Shown here piece by piece: positions 1 to 10,788 of a stretch of DNA of 64,000 bases. The DNA is taken from the NCBI GenBank assembly GCA_963839965.1, contig CAWIWX010000006.1, forward strand, positions 33,778 to 97,777, given 5' to 3'. A program made the translations under genes and the position numbers. The stretch comes from an uncultured Solirubrobacterales bacterium. GTDB lineage: Bacteria; Actinomycetota; Thermoleophilia; Solirubrobacterales; Solirubrobacteraceae. How positions within the stretch are numbered: the first letter of the stretch is position 1; each line of letters begins with the position of its first letter. Below the pieces are notes generated by a model, which did not search any database, was not told where the DNA came from, and was given only the letters and a program-made list of their open reading frames with translations.

Positions 1-330
1 CGGGAACAGGAAGCCTTCGAGGTTGGGCGTGCCGGGCGGCGCGCCGTAGCTGGCGGGATCCAGCAGCGGCGAGCGCTCGGACGCCGCCAGGTAGCTGCCG
101 GTCAGGCCGGCCGCACGGGCGCGCGCGGCGATCTGCCGGCGGTTTTCGCCCTCGGGGATCAGCACCCGCACGACGACCGGCGGCGCGATCGGCTTGGCGT
201 GCTGCCCGGCTAGGCAGCGCCCTCGCCAGCGCAGCGCCCGCATCGCCACGATCGCCACCGCGGCCAGCGCCAATCGGCCACCCGTGACGAGTCGACCGAG
301 CGCCGAGCCGAGCGCGGGACGCGGCAGCTC
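1..330 (-). CDS. mltG: Endolytic transglycosylase MltG, N-terminal part (runs off the window; start approximate)
   Basis: Manual minus-strand translation gives VVRVLIPEGENRRQIA...GTPNLEGFLFP, matching the MltG IPEG and LEGxLFP motifs. Usual alaS-ruvX-mltG order. Confidence 0.8.
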
Positions 331-419
331 TCGCCGAGCACGTCGCGAGCTACGAGCTCTGGCGTCGTGCGTCGCCGATCGACAGCGCCAGCCTCGTGGT
401 CCGAGGCATGGTGCGGCGA

Positions 420-805
420 GCCAGGCGCGACGAGTCCTCGCTCTCGAGAGTTGGCGGCGGCGCGCGAGTCCACGCCGGCCTGCACCCTCCGTCCGCTGGG
501 CGATGCGGGTGGTGAAGCGCTCGTCGTGGAGCTCGACGGGGATCTCCTCGCCCAGGCGCTCGGACAGACGCCGAGCGAACACGCGGGTCTCGCGGGTCTG
601 CTCGGAGTCGCCTCCGCGCAGCGACAGCGGCAGCCCGACGACACCCGCTGCACCTCGCGCTCGCGGATCAGCGCTCCAGTCGCGGCGAACCCGCGCCGGC
701 TGGCGGGCCGGGCGATCGCCGCGATCGGCGTGACGATCGTCCCGGTCGGATCGCTCAGCGCGCAGCCGCAGCGCGCGCTGCCATAGTCGAGCGCACTCAG
801 CGCAC
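420..805 (-). CDS. ruvX: Holliday junction resolvase-like RuvX/YqgF (apparent indels; ends approximate)
   Basis: Fragments LDYGSARCGCALSDPTGTIVTPI, VELHDERFTTR and DSRAAA, located downstream of alaS. Confidence 0.85.
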
Positions 806-814
806 GCGCGGCCT

Positions 815-3570
815 CAGAACTACTGGCCGGCGAGCGCTCGATCCTCCGATCGGCGCGCCGCGCGCGCGGCGGCGAGCGCGTCCTCGAGCCTGCCGGGGTC
901 GCGCCCGCCCGCCTGGGCGAGCGTGTCGCGCCCGCCTCCTCCGCCGCCGACCACGCGCGGCGGCGGCCTTGACGACGGCGCCCGCCTTCACGACCGCGCT
1001 CGCACGAGCCCGGGGGCGACGCCCGCCGCGAGGTGCACGCGCCCGTCGACGGCCGTGCCGAGCACGATCGCGCCGTCTGAGTCGAGCTTGCCTTTGACGC
1101 GGTCGAGGAGATCGAGCAGCGCCTTGGCGTCCGGGACCGTCACGTTGGCGATGACGACGGGCACGTCGGCGATAGCCTCGGGCGCCCTCGGCGAGCTCGC
1201 CCGCGCCGGCGCTCAGCGCGGCCCTCGACTGGGTGTCCTCCTCGATCTGCGCCCTGAGCGGGCCGGAATCCGCTCGACGCGCGTCCGAGCGCTTTGCGAC
1301 CTCGCGCAGAATCCGCTCGTGCGCGCGCACGACCTCTGACAGCGTCCTCGGGGCGGGCGCGCAGCTCGCGCGCGACCTCGCCGAGCACGCGATCGTGCGC
1401 GCGCAGCAGCTCGGCGGCGCGCCGAACCGGTGAGCGCCTCGATGCGGCGCACGTTGGCGGCGGAGGACGTCTCGTGAGGATCACGAACACGCCGATCTCG
1501 GCCGTCGAGCGCACGTGCGTGCCGCCGCACAGCTCGCGCGAGTAGGAGCCGTCGCCGATCTGGACCATGCGCACGACGTCGCCGTACTTCTCGCCGAACA
1601 GCGCCATCGCGCCGAGGCGCCTGGCCTCCTCAAGGGTGGTCGAGATCGCGCGCACGGGCTCGCCCGCGGCGATCTGGGCGTTGACGGCGTCCTCCACGTC
1701 GCGCAGCTCCTGCGCGCTCAGCGCGCCGGTGTGGGTGAAGTCGAAGCGCAGCTTGTCGGGGCCGACGTAGGAGCCGGCCTGGCGGACGTGCGCGCCGAGG
1801 CGCTCGCGCAGCGCGGCGTGCAGGAGGTGGGTGGCCGTGTGGTTGCGCTCGGTGGAGCGCCGTGCGGCGTGGTCCACGCGCGCGAGCACCTGCTCGCTCG
1901 GGCGCGAGCGAGCCCTGCTCGCAGGAGACCTCCAGCGCCTGATCGTCGCCGAGGCGGTAGACGTCGGTGACGCGCGCCAGGCAGTCGCCGCCGGCGCACT
2001 CGATCGTGCCCGAGTCGGAGACCTGCCCGCCGCCGGCTGGATAGAACGGCGACTCGGCGAGCTTGATCAGAGGCCGCCCGCCGTGCGCACCAGGGCGCCG
2101 ACGGTCGTCGGCTGAAGCTCCGTCTCATAGCCGGTGAACCGCGTCGCGAACCCCGCGCGCGCCGCCAGCTCGCGGGCGCGCTCGCGTGGGTCGTCCCGCC
2201 CCGTCGCCCTCCGCCGTGGCCGCCCGACCGCCGCCGCGCGCGCGCCGGGCGCGCTGAGCCTCCATCAGACGCTCGAACTCAGCGCGTCGTCGACGCTCAG
2301 GCCCCGCTCGGCCAGCAGCTCGACGCGTGAGGTCGATTGGGAAGCCGAACGTGTCGTGCAGGCGGAAGGCGTCGGCCGCGGCGATCGCCGCGGCGCCGCG
2401 CTTGACGCGCCCGTTCGATCAGCTCATCCAGCAGCCGCGTGCCCTGCTCGAGCGTGCGCCCGAAGCGCGTCCTCCTCGGATGCGAGCCAGCGCTCGATCG
2501 CGTCGCGCTGCTCGGCGAGCTCGGGGTAGGCGCCGGCCATCAGCTCGCGCACGACGGCGGCGTAGCGCAGCAGAAAGCCGGGCGCCATGTCCAGGCGGCG
2601 GCCCTGCAGGATCGCGCGGCGGGTGAGCCGGCGCAGGACATAGCCGCGATCCTCGTTGGAGGGCACGACGCCGTCGGCGATCAGAAACGACATCCCGCGC
2701 GCGTGGTCGGCGAGGATGCGCAGCGCGCGATCGGCACGGGTCCTCCCCGCCGTCGGGTCCGGGCGTGCGCCCGGAGAGCTCGCGGCCGAGGTCGATCAGC
2801 GGCTGGAACTGGTCGGTCTCGAACACCGAGTCGGTGCCCTGGAGGATCGCCGCCAGGCGGTTGAGGCCGAGGCCGGTGTCGATGTTGTGGGCCGGCAGCG
2901 GCCGCAGGCTGATCGTGCGGGTCCTGGTCGTACTGCATGAACACGAGGTTCCAGTACTCCAGAAACCGCTCGTTCTCGCCGCCGGGCAGGTCCTCGGTCG
3001 CTCGCCGAAGGAGAGGCCGCGGTCGATGTAGAGCTCCGAGCAGGGCCCGCTCGGGACCGACCGGGCCGGCTTCCCAGAAGTTCTCCGAGCGCGGGCACAG
3101 AGCACGATCCGCTCGCGCGGCACGCCGACGGCCCGCCACAGCTCGATCGCCTCCTCGTCGGGCCCGAGCCCGAGCTGCTCGTCGCCCGCGAACACCGTCA
3201 CCCAGATGTCGTCCGCCTCGAAACCGAAGCACCTCCAGCGACAGCTCCCAGGCGAAGCGCGATCGCCTCGCGCCTTGAAGTAGTCGCCGATCGAGAAGTT
3301 GCCGAGCATCTCGAAGAACGTGAGGTGGCGCAGGGTGCTGCCGACGTTGTCGATGTCGGGCGTGCGAAAGCACTTCTGGCAGCTCGTCAGCCTGGGCGCG
3401 GGCGGCGACTCGCGGCCGAGGAAGTAGGGCTTCAGCGGCTGCATCCCGGCGGTCGTGAGCAGCACGTGCGATCGTCCGCCGCGCGGCACGAGCGAGGCGG
3501 AGGGAATGCGCAGGTGCTCGCGCTCGGCGAAGAAGCCGAGGTAGCGCTCGCGGATCTCATCCGAGGTCAT
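815..3570 (-). CDS. alaS: Alanine--tRNA ligase (several apparent indels)
   Basis: [76 protein letters not shown] spread over several frames. Confidence 0.95.
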
Positions 3571-3630
3571 CGCAGGTGATCTTAAGGTTCTCCGGTCAAC
3601 ACGCGCACTGAGAGCGAGGGTCAAGCTGGG

Positions 3631-3726
3631 CAAGGACGCACCGAGCGTGGTGTGCTCGGCTGGCCGAAACGGGGATGCGAGCCGAAGGCGAGTGTCTCCG
3701 GCTTCGGTGAGCGAGGGAGGACGCAG
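3631..3726. repeat. REP-like intergenic palindromic element, copy 1
   Basis: caaggacgcaccgagcgtggtgtgctcggc (3631-3660) and gagcgagggaggacgcag (3709-3726) recur exactly at 20662-20713. Confidence 0.75.
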
Positions 3727-3744
3727 GCCAGCGCAGGCCTCGGC

Positions 3745-4820
3745 TTCGTCAGCGATTGTGGCGTATCCGACGATCACTCGCCCGCGTAGAGGCAGGCGAT
3801 CTGGCCCGGGGCGGTGCGCTCGGCGGGTTCGATCAGCTCGACCTCGATCGCGCGGTCCCGGCGGGGCGCTCCGGGAGGCGGCAGGGCAGGCGGGCGCCGC
3901 GGTAGCGCACCTTGATCGCGTCCACGACCGCGCCGTCGCGGTGGAGGCGACGTCGCGCACAGGCACGGTCTGAGTCAGCATCCGCGCGCGAGGCCGACGG
4001 TGACGGTGTTCGACACGCGGGTCGGCCGCGAGCACGTACAGCGGCTCGCCGCGGCCGTCCAGGCCCGGCCCGGAGCCCAGCCCGCGGCGCTGGCCGACGG
4101 TGACCGTGTGCGTGCCGCGCGTGCTCGCCCAGGACGCGTCCCTCACGATCGACGATCGGGCCGGCGCGCGCGCCCAGCTCGGCCGTGGCGGGCGAGGAAG
4201 TCGCCGCGGCGCGGTGCCCGCGAGGAAGCACAGGTCCTGGGAGTCGTGCCGGCGCGCGACCGGCAGGCCGGCACGCTCGGCCAGGGCGCGCACCTCGGGC
4301 TTGCTCAGCTCGCCGAGCGGAAACCGCAGGCGCTGCAAGCGACTCGGGCGCGAGCGCGGCGAGCGCGTAGCTCTGGTCCTTGGCCGGGTCGGCGGCCGCC
4401 CGCAGCAGCGGCCCGAGGGCCGGATCGTCGTGGTGGATGCGCGCGTAGTGGCCCGTCGCGAGCGTCTGCGAGCCCAGGCGCGTGGCGAGGTCGAGCATCG
4501 CGTCCAGGCGCACCGAGCCGTTGCAGCGCACGCACGGGTTCGGCGTCAGCCCGGCTGCGTGCCCGCCGAGCCACGGGTCCACGACGCCGGCGCGAAACTC
4601 GGCGCGCAGGTCGATCGAGAAGTGGGGCACGCCGAGCTCGTGCGCGAGCGCGCGCGCGCCGCGCACGGCCTGGGCCGAGCAGCAGCTGAGATCGCCGTCG
4701 TTCTGCGGGTCGGACCACAGCTCGAGCGTGACCGCCACCGCCTCCCGCCCGCACTCGCACACGAGCAGCGCGGCGACCGCGGAGTCCACGCCGCCGCTCA
4801 TCGCCACTAGCGTACGCCGT
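3745..4820 (-). CDS. mnmA: tRNA 2-thiouridine(34) synthase MnmA (frameshift near 4335; ends approximate)
   Basis: VAMSGGVDS PP-loop, SCCS, TPNPCVRCN, ATGHYAR, KDQSY, DSQDLCF, TVGQRRGLG. Confidence 0.95.
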
Positions 4821-5219
4821 GAGCCGGCGCAAGGCGAGCCTCGCGCCGCGCGGCCGAACCGAGCGCTCGGTGCAGCGCGTCGGCGGCGAGCTCGGCGGCG
4901 TGGCGCTTGGCCGGGCTCAACCCGCCGAGCTCCCGCGCGATCGTCCCGGGGCCGATCAGCGCGGCCTCCAGCAGCGGCGTGTCTCCCAGCAGGGCGACAA
5001 CGGCGCTTCCGGCGGCGATCGTCGCGCCGCAGCCGCTGGCGTCGAAGCCCGCGTCCGGGATGCGGCTGTCGGGGCTTGCGGGTCGAGCGAGAGCGACACG
5101 CGGATCAGATCGCCGCAGGCGGCTCCGCCCGCGGCGCCGGTGTGCGCGCCCGCGGGCGTATGCCCGCGCGCGAGCGGTCGTTCGAGATGTATGGCCAGGC
5201 CCGCGGCTGGGCGTGACAT
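4821..5219 (-). CDS. IscU/NifU-N-like Fe-S scaffold domain, possibly the N-terminus of MnmA
   Basis: GAACGDLIRV, then after a frame change AGFDASGCGATIAAGS...ELGGLSPAKRHAAELAADALHRAL. Confidence 0.8.
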
Positions 5220-5268
5220 CGGACGAGTGTACGGCTCCTCGCGCGGGAGGCTGGGCGCGAGGTTCTAG

Positions 5269-7280
5269 CGGGACTGTCCGGGCTGACGCGCTGACCGGCG
5301 GTTGAACGGCGGCTGGCAGCGCGTCGATTTCGGCTTGTCTGCTGGGTTTGTGGGTTGTTGTGGGCCGGCTGCGGGGGCGGATTTTGGCGTGTGTCCTAAA
5401 AGGATGGGTCTATTTGGGCCCCGTTGCGGTTGAAGATCCCTGTGGTTGTGTGCTTCTGGCGGCCGTTCCGTCCGATGGCGGTTCTATGGTATGACCTAAA
5501 TGGCGAGCCTCACGAAGAAGCTCATCAACGGGCGCCCCTACTACTACCTGCGCGAGACCGCGAGGGTTGGCGGGCGCTCGAAGGTGGTGCGCACCACCTA
5601 TCTGGGGCGCGCACAGGACATCGAGGCTCGCCTGGTGGCGGCCGCTGAGCCCAGGGCGATCGTGGTTTCGAGCTTCGGCGCGGTCGCCGCGGCGTGGAAG
5701 GTCTGCTCCGAGCTTCAGGTGGCCGAGGCGATCGACCGGGCGCTCGGGCGGCGGCGCGGCTCGCCGTCGGTCGGCCAGATGATCATGCTGGCGGCGATCA
5801 ACCGCGCGTGCGCTCCGCGCTCCAAGCGCCAGTTGGGTGACTGGCACCAGCGCACGACGCTCGCAAGACTCTTGCCCGCCGGGCGGCGCGCGCTGTCCTC
5901 GCAGCGCTTCTGGGACGCGATGGACGCGCTCTCCGATGAGGCGATCGCGAAGGCCGAGACCGAGATCGTCGCTCGCGCCATCGAGCGTTATCAGATCGAG
6001 CTGCGCCCGCTGATCTACGACACCACGAACTTCGCCACGTTCATCGACTCAGCCAACGCCGCCAACACGATCGCCCAGCGCGGGCATGCCAAGGGCGGAC
6101 GGCACGATCTGCGTCTGATCGGCCTGGCGCTGTGCGTGGCCTTGGACGGGAACATCCCGCTCTGCCACCAGCCCTATGAGGGCAACCGCAACGACTCAAC
6201 CCAGTTCCCCGAGGCGATCAAGCTGATCCGCTCTCGCCTGGCGCAACTGGGGCTCACCGCGCAGGAGCTCTCCAAGCTGACGCTCGTCTACGACAAGGGC
6301 AACAATTCCAAGGCAAACCAGCCGCTCGCGGACGAGCTTTCACTCGGCGTGGTCGGCTCGCTCTCCCCGTCCCATCACCCCGACCTGCTCGACATTCCGC
6401 TGGAGCACTTCAACGAGATCGAGGAGAATGTCTGGCACGCTCGCCCACCGCACCCACAAGGAGATCTACGGCCAACAGCGCACGATCGTCGTCTCATACT
6501 CACAGCGCTTCGCCGCTAAGCAGCAGCGCAGCTTTCAGCAGACGCTCGCGAAGGCCGAGCGCGAGCTCGACGAGCTGAAGGGCGTCGTGGCGCGCGGGCG
6601 CCATCGCATGGACGAGCGCGCTCTGACCGAGCGGACCCGGGGGATCCTGAAACGGCGCTGGCTGAAAGACGTAATCACGATCGAGCACGACCTCGCCGCG
6701 CGCGCCTTCAGCTACCACACCGACCAGAGCGCGATCGATCGGATCGCCGAGCGCGAGTGGGGCAGACGGATCATCTTCACCGGCCGCCACGAGTGGACCG
6801 ATGAAGAGATCATCGTCGCCTACCGCGCCCAAGCCAAGGGCGAGAACGGCTTCCGTCAGATGAAGGACCGCGAGTTCGCGAGCTTCTCCCCAGCCTTCCA
6901 CTGGACCGACCAGAAGCTCAGAGTGCACGCCTTCTACTGCACGCTGGCGCTGATGATCGTCTCGCTGATCGAGCGCCAGATCCGCCAAGCGGGCATCGAG
7001 CAGGACGATCTACCGCTCGGATCAAAGCTCGCGATGCGCCTGCTCTCAGAGATCGACGAGGTAACGCTGATCTACCCGCCCGCCGGCGGACGCCAAGGCC
7101 GACCACGCGTGCGCACCAGTCTCGCGGAGATGGACGACACCCAACAGCAGCTATACGACGCGCTCGAGCTCCACACACTCGCCCCCAGCCATCATTAGGT
7201 CACACACCACCCATCACCCCCAAACCCCCATCCCACCAGGGAAAACGGGCGGTCAGCGATCCCCGACCCGGAAAGTCCCG
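5269..7280 (+). mobile_element. IS1634-family insertion sequence
   Basis: Terminal inverted repeats cgggactgtccggg (5269-5282) and cccggaaagtcccg (7267-7280) match 13/14. CTAG flanks both ends (5265-5268, 7281-7284). Confidence 0.9.
5500..7198 (+). CDS. IS1634-family DDE transposase (frameshift near 6425)
   Basis: KKLINGRPYYYLRE N-terminus, YDTTN, RGHAKGGRHDL, YDKGN, ENGFRQMK, FHWTDQKLRVH. Confidence 0.85.
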
Positions 7281-8063
7281 CTAGGCGCGAGATTCGGAGA
7301 CCGACTGCTCGATCGAGAACGCGTCGGCCAGGCCCGTCACCACGGTCGCCTGGCCGTGGGGGTTGACGATCAGGAGCGTCGGGGTCTGGGTGACCTGGAC
7401 GGCGTGGGTGATCGTGCCGTAGTCGCCGACCTGGCCGGCCGAGGCGTAGTGCACCGCGATCTTGCCCCCGAGCGCGTGCTGCACGGCGGGGATTTCCCTG
7501 TGCACGACCTCGTCGTCGGCGCCGCTGGGATTCCAGAACAGGATGAGCACGGTCTTGCCCTGCTGGAGCTCGTGTTCGACGGCGAGCTGCATGCTCGGCG
7601 CGCCCGTGGCCGGCTTGGACTTGGCCTGAGAGGGAGCAGACTTGGCCGCCGTGGGCGCGGTTTTGGCAGGCGGGGTGTGTTTGACGACGACGGTGCTGTG
7701 AACGACGGTCCTGTGGGTGGATGCCGTCGTCGTGGAGTGCTTTACGACCACAACGCCGCTCGTCGCATGGGCAGAGGATTTCGAGCCGTGCGCCGGGGCG
7801 GCGGCAGACGGCTTGGGGGAGGATTTCGAGCCGGCGGCGCTCGATCCCGGGGCGTGCGCCGCTGTGGCGGAGACCTTAGCCTTCGCGGCGGTCGGGGTCG
7901 CGGGGGCGGGCTTGGGCTGGGAGGGCGCGCTCGCGACCGAGGCGCTCGAGCCCGAGCCGCCGGTCGTGCTGGTGTTGTGCGCGCGCAGCGCCAGGAACCA
8001 CACGGCCACGAACAGCGCGAACGCCACGAGGACGATCTGGAAGGGACGGGAGAGCTGGGTCAT
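7281..8063 (-). CDS. Membrane-anchored hypothetical protein with low-complexity linker and thioredoxin-like C-terminal domain lacking CxxC
   Basis: N-terminal hydrophobic helix, Ala/Pro/Ser/Lys linker, VLILFWN...VTQTPTLLIVN. Confidence 0.7.
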   Translation of the reverse strand: MTQLSRPFQIVLVAFALFVAVWFLALRAHNTSTTGGSGSSASVASAPSQPKPAPATPTAAKAKVSATAAHAPGSSAAGSKSSPKPSAAAPAHGSKSSAHATSGVVVVKHSTTTASTHRTVVHSTVVVKHTPPAKTAPTAAKSAPSQAKSKPATGAPSMQLAVEHELQQGKTVLILFWNPSGADDEVVHREIPAVQHALGGKIAVHYASAGQVGDYGTITHAVQVTQTPTLLIVNPHGQATVVTGLADAFSIEQSVSESRA

Positions 8064-8273
8064 CTGCCCCCTGTTTCGGCAACTCGGCCGTGAGAGTTGA
8101 ACGGAGGCCGGTCCGGTGGACCCCCGAGGCGAAGCATAGGATCCCCGAGGTCAGGCCAGAAGACCCCCGAAGTGAGGCCCGGGACCCGGAGGCAGGAGAG
8201 CAGAAGGCCGGCGGGCGAGGCTGGGCGGGTTGATCCTGCCGGGACCGACCGGCACCCTTCCGGCGCCCTTCTG

Positions 8274-9557
8274 TCACAGCGCGTGCAGGCCGCGCAGCAC
8301 CGCGTGCACGACCGCGTCGGCGGCGAGCGTCTGTTGATCGCCGCCGGACATGTCCTTGAGCGCGGCCTCGCCGCCGGCGGTGAGGATCGCGACGTAGCGG
8401 GCGCCGAGCGAGTCGGCCAGGCCGAGCTGGCCCTTGAGCGAGCGCCCGGCCAGCTCCATCTGGGCGGTGAGCCCGGCGGCGCGGGCCTGGCTGAGCAGCG
8501 CGAACGCGCCCGCGGGCGCGTAAGCCGTGCGACCCTCGACCCCGGGGGGCGAGTCGTAGGCGACGAACAGGTCCAACGGCACGGGCGCAGCGGTGGGCGC
8601 GTCGCCCGCCAGCAGGATGCGCTCGACTCCGGCCGCCCAGCCGACACCGGGGGTCGCGGGGCCGCCGAGCAGCTCCACCAGGCCGTCGTAGCGCCCGCCG
8701 CCGCCGACGCCGCTCTGGGCTCCGAGGGCGTCGGAGGTGAACTCGAACACGGTGCGCGTGTAGTAGTCCAGGCCGCGCACGAGCGTCGGATCGACCTCGT
8801 AGGCCAGTCCGGCGGCGTCCAGGAGGGCGCGCACCTCGGCGAAGTGCTCGGCGTCGCCCGCGTCGAGGAAGTCCCGCAGCAGAGGGGCGCTCTGTAGCGC
8901 CCGGCGGGTGCCGGGGTGTTCGGAGTCAAACGCCCGCAGCGGGTTCTGCTCGATCCGCGCGCGCACCTCCTCGGAGAGGTCGTCGGAGTGCGCGCGAAGG
9001 TGGGTCTGGAGCCGCTCGCGATACCGCAGACGGGCGGCGTGGCTGCCGAGGCTCGATATGCGCAGGCGCGCCGAGGCGAGGTCCATCTGCTCGAGCACCG
9101 TCGCGAGCAGGCAGATCGACTCGGCGTCCAGCGCGGGATCCTCGGCGCCGAGCGCCTCGGCGCCGAGTTGCCAGAACTGGCGGTAGCGCCCGGCCTGGGC
9201 GCGCTCGTGGCGGAAGAAGCTCGACAGGTACCACAGCTTCACCGGCTGCTTGCGCTTGTGCATCCCGTGTTCGACATAGGCCCTGCACACCGGCGCGGTC
9301 CCCTCCGGGCGCAGCGTCAGCGAGCGCCCGCCGCCGTCCTTGAACGAGAACATCTCCTTCTGCACGATGTCCGTGGAGGCGCCGACGCCGCGCGCGAACA
9401 GCTCGGTCGCCTCGAATACGGGCGTCTCGATGCGCTCGTACCCCGCGCCCTCGAGGATCGCGCGGGCCCGGGCCTCCAGCGCCGCGCGCGCGACCGACTG
9501 CTCGCCGAGCACGTCGAAGGTGCCGCGGGGCGCTTTGATCTTCTCCGCGCGGCTCAA
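8274..9557 (-). CDS. hisS: Histidine--tRNA ligase
   Basis: APRGTFD, LRPEGTA, FRHERAQAGRYRQF, LVRGLDYY, GGGRYDGL. Confidence 0.97.
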   Translation of the reverse strand: MSRAEKIKAPRGTFDVLGEQSVARAALEARARAILEGAGYERIETPVFEATELFARGVGASTDIVQKEMFSFKDGGGRSLTLRPEGTAPVCRAYVEHGMHKRKQPVKLWYLSSFFRHERAQAGRYRQFWQLGAEALGAEDPALDAESICLLATVLEQMDLASARLRISSLGSHAARLRYRERLQTHLRAHSDDLSEEVRARIEQNPLRAFDSEHPGTRRALQSAPLLRDFLDAGDAEHFAEVRALLDAAGLAYEVDPTLVRGLDYYTRTVFEFTSDALGAQSGVGGGGRYDGLVELLGGPATPGVGWAAGVERILLAGDAPTAAPVPLDLFVAYDSPPGVEGRTAYAPAGAFALLSQARAAGLTAQMELAGRSLKGQLGLADSLGARYVAILTAGGEAALKDMSGGDQQTLAADAVVHAVLRGLHAL

Positions 9558-9558
9558 C

Positions 9559-10305
9559 TCAACTTCCGGCCGGCGCGTCACCCTCCGGCGCGGCGCGCAC
9601 CGCCAGCTCGGGCGCGCCGTCCGTCGCCGGCCTGTCCACGGCGACGCGCAGCTCTGCCAGGAACGGGTTGGTGTCGCGCTCGCGTCCCAGCGTCGTCGCG
9701 CCCATGTGCCCCGGATGGACCATCGTCTGTGCGGAGAACGCCCGCAACAGGTTCCCGATCGAGCGCTCCAGCGTCGGCCAGTCGCCGCCCGGCAGGTCCA
9801 CGCGGCCAACCGATCCCGCGAACAGCACATCGCCCGAGAGCAGCGCCGGCGCCTTGGTCTGGGCCTCGGACGCAGAGATCGCGTAGGTGACGTGCCCGGG
9901 GCTGTGCCCCGGCGTGAAGATCACCTCGATCTGAAGCCCCGCCAGGCTCAGCCGCTCGCCGCCTGCGACCGTATGGTCGGCCTGGTAGCTCTCAAACGGC
10001 CCGAACCCCGGCGGCGTCCAGCTCGCGATGTCCGCCAGCACCGGGCGCTCGATCTCCGGGCAGTACACGGGCGCGCCGGTGGCGCGGGCGAGCGGGGCGA
10101 CCGCGCCGATGTGGTCGAAGTGGCAGTGGGTGATGAGGATCGCCTCGATCCGCACGCCGAGCTGCTCGATCGCTGTAAGCAGACGGTCCGGCTCGTCGCC
10201 GGGATCGACGAGCAGCGCCTCGGGGGCACCGGGAAGACGGACGATGTATGCGTTCTCCTGAACCGGCCCGACGGTGAACGAGCGGATGTCCAGATCCGCG
10301 CTCAT
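9559..10305 (-). CDS. MBL-fold metallo-hydrolase (glyoxalase II-like)
   Basis: THCHFDHIG, TPGHSPG, GDVLFAGSVGRVD, PGHM. Usual position upstream of hisS. Confidence 0.92.
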   Translation of the reverse strand: MSADLDIRSFTVGPVQENAYIVRLPGAPEALLVDPGDEPDRLLTAIEQLGVRIEAILITHCHFDHIGAVAPLARATGAPVYCPEIERPVLADIASWTPPGFGPFESYQADHTVAGGERLSLAGLQIEVIFTPGHSPGHVTYAISASEAQTKAPALLSGDVLFAGSVGRVDLPGGDWPTLERSIGNLLRAFSAQTMVHPGHMGATTLGRERDTNPFLAELRVAVDRPATDGAPELAVRAAPEGDAPAGS

Positions 10306-10360
10306 CGACCGCGGGGGTCCGGCACGGGCGGCCGCGACGCACGAACGCGCCGGCGCGCGC

Positions 10361-10741
10361 TCATCGCGGCGCCGCCTTGGGGCCGCCGCTCGCGTTGGCT
10401 TTTTTGCGCATGCGCCGGTTGAACATCCAGGTGTCGGTGTAGTAGCTGATCGGGACATACGCGAGCAGCACGACGGGGAACAGCTCGATCGCCTCGTTGC
10501 TGTGCTTGCCCAGCAGGAACAGGCTGACGAGCAGCATCAGCACGGCGGCGACCATCGCCCGGTAGAACGCGCCGAGCCACGTGGGCGGGCGGTCCTGGCG
10601 GGGGATGCGGGGCTCCTCGCGCGAGGTCGGACCGGCCTTCTCGGCAGCGGTCGGCTTGCGCCCTGTGCGACCGCGCGACTCGACGATCCCGGCCGCGTTT
10701 CCGCGATGCTTGGTCTGGCGCTTGCGTCTGGTCTGAGCCAT
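10361..10741 (-). CDS. Small membrane protein
   Basis: Basic N-terminus and two hydrophobic segments; co-oriented with neighbours. Confidence 0.7.
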   Translation of the reverse strand: MAQTRRKRQTKHRGNAAGIVESRGRTGRKPTAAEKAGPTSREEPRIPRQDRPPTWLGAFYRAMVAAVLMLLVSLFLLGKHSNEAIELFPVVLLAYVPISYYTDTWMFNRRMRKKANASGGPKAAPR

Positions 10742-10788
10742 CTGACTTGGAAGCCTACAGCGCGCCGGTCCTCGCTCATACCCGGCGT

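Noticed and set aside
2419-4338. 639-aa ORF as an MnmA-AlaS fusion
   Set aside because: It drifts in and out of the true frames and crosses an intergenic repeat; an indel artefact.
420-5219. alaS, mnmA and ruvX as pseudogenes or programmed frameshifts
   Set aside because: alaS is essential and the indels are scattered without slippery motifs. Sequencing error is far more likely, which also weakens every other frameshift call in the window.
8274-9830. N-terminally extended HisS (518 aa)
   Set aside because: The extension overlaps the MBL hydrolase in another frame; homology starts near 9557.
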